Assembly (NCBI GenBank): GCA_946006915.1
Contig: CAMFZK010000001.1
Span: 1-24,911 of the forward strand
Direction of reading: 5' to 3'
DNA from: an uncultured Clostridia bacterium
GTDB taxonomy: Bacteria > Bacillota > Clostridia > Oscillospirales > Acutalibacteraceae
Length of the DNA: 24,911 nucleotides
The notes under the pieces were generated by a model. That model did not search any database. It was given only the letters and a program-made list of their open reading frames with translations, and had not been told where the DNA came from. This document shows, piece by piece, positions 24,760-24,911 of the stretch (position 1 is the stretch's first letter; each line of letters begins with the position of its first letter). The translations under genes were made by a program, and so were the position numbers.

Positions 24760-24911
24760 GGTTACCAAGTGTGATATAGAAGGACTTTATATAATAGAAC
24801 CTGCGGTTCACGGCGATAATAGAGGTTATTTTACCGAAACCTACAACAAGCGTGATATGGCAGAGGCAGGACTTAATATGGAGTTTGTTCAGGACAATCA
24901 GAGTATGTCGG
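24746..24911 (+). CDS. rmlC: dTDP-4-dehydrorhamnose 3,5-epimerase, 5' part only (runs off the window end)
   Basis: GTG at 24746 after AAGGAG (24730-24735). My translation is MGQIKVTKCDIEGLYIIEPAVHGDNRGYFTETYNKRDMAEAGLNMEFVQDNQSMS, with the RmlC motifs GDNRGYF and FVQDN.S.S. It is absent from the ORF track. Confidence 0.93.
   Translation, partial: MGQIKVTKCDIEGLYIIEPAVHGDNRGYFTETYNKRDMAEAGLNMEFVQDNQSMS

Noticed and set aside
1-24911. CRISPR arrays, tRNA/rRNA genes, IS elements, prophage genes, frameshifted pseudogenes, Sec recoding
   Set aside because: None seen. Intergenic gaps are too short for arrays or RNA genes, and all recognised proteins are full-length with no in-frame stops.

Overview
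The window comes from an AT-rich Clostridia-like (Bacillota) genome. Every credible gene is on the + strand. The first 20 nt are an untrimmed Nextera/Tn5 adapter. Three transcription units follow. (1) A cell-surface module: class B sortase, LCP protein and an SPQTG-anchored secreted protein. (2) A tightly coupled 13-gene, about 12.4 kb operon behind a promoter with two Rex-like operators. It encodes a probable malate dehydrogenase, HdrBCA, FlxDCBA (MvhD-type FlxD), an anchorless fumarate reductase (Fe-S subunit plus a flavoprotein predicted to bind FAD non-covalently), a two-subunit class I fumarase and an AspT/YidE-family transporter. A membrane pyrophosphatase with the Na+,H+-PPase signature follows it. 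(3) The start of a rhamnose-containing polysaccharide locus: three glycosyltransferases, a Wzy/WaaL-like protein, rmlA-B-D and a truncated rmlC. The most interesting element is unit 2. It reads as a complete cytoplasmic OAA-malate-fumarate-succinate pathway in which fumarate may be the high-potential acceptor of flavin-based electron bifurcation. There is no quinone-binding anchor, no thiol carrier gene and only one CCG module, which suggests direct Hdr-to-Frd electron transfer. All calls rest on motif reading only; no database searches were run.
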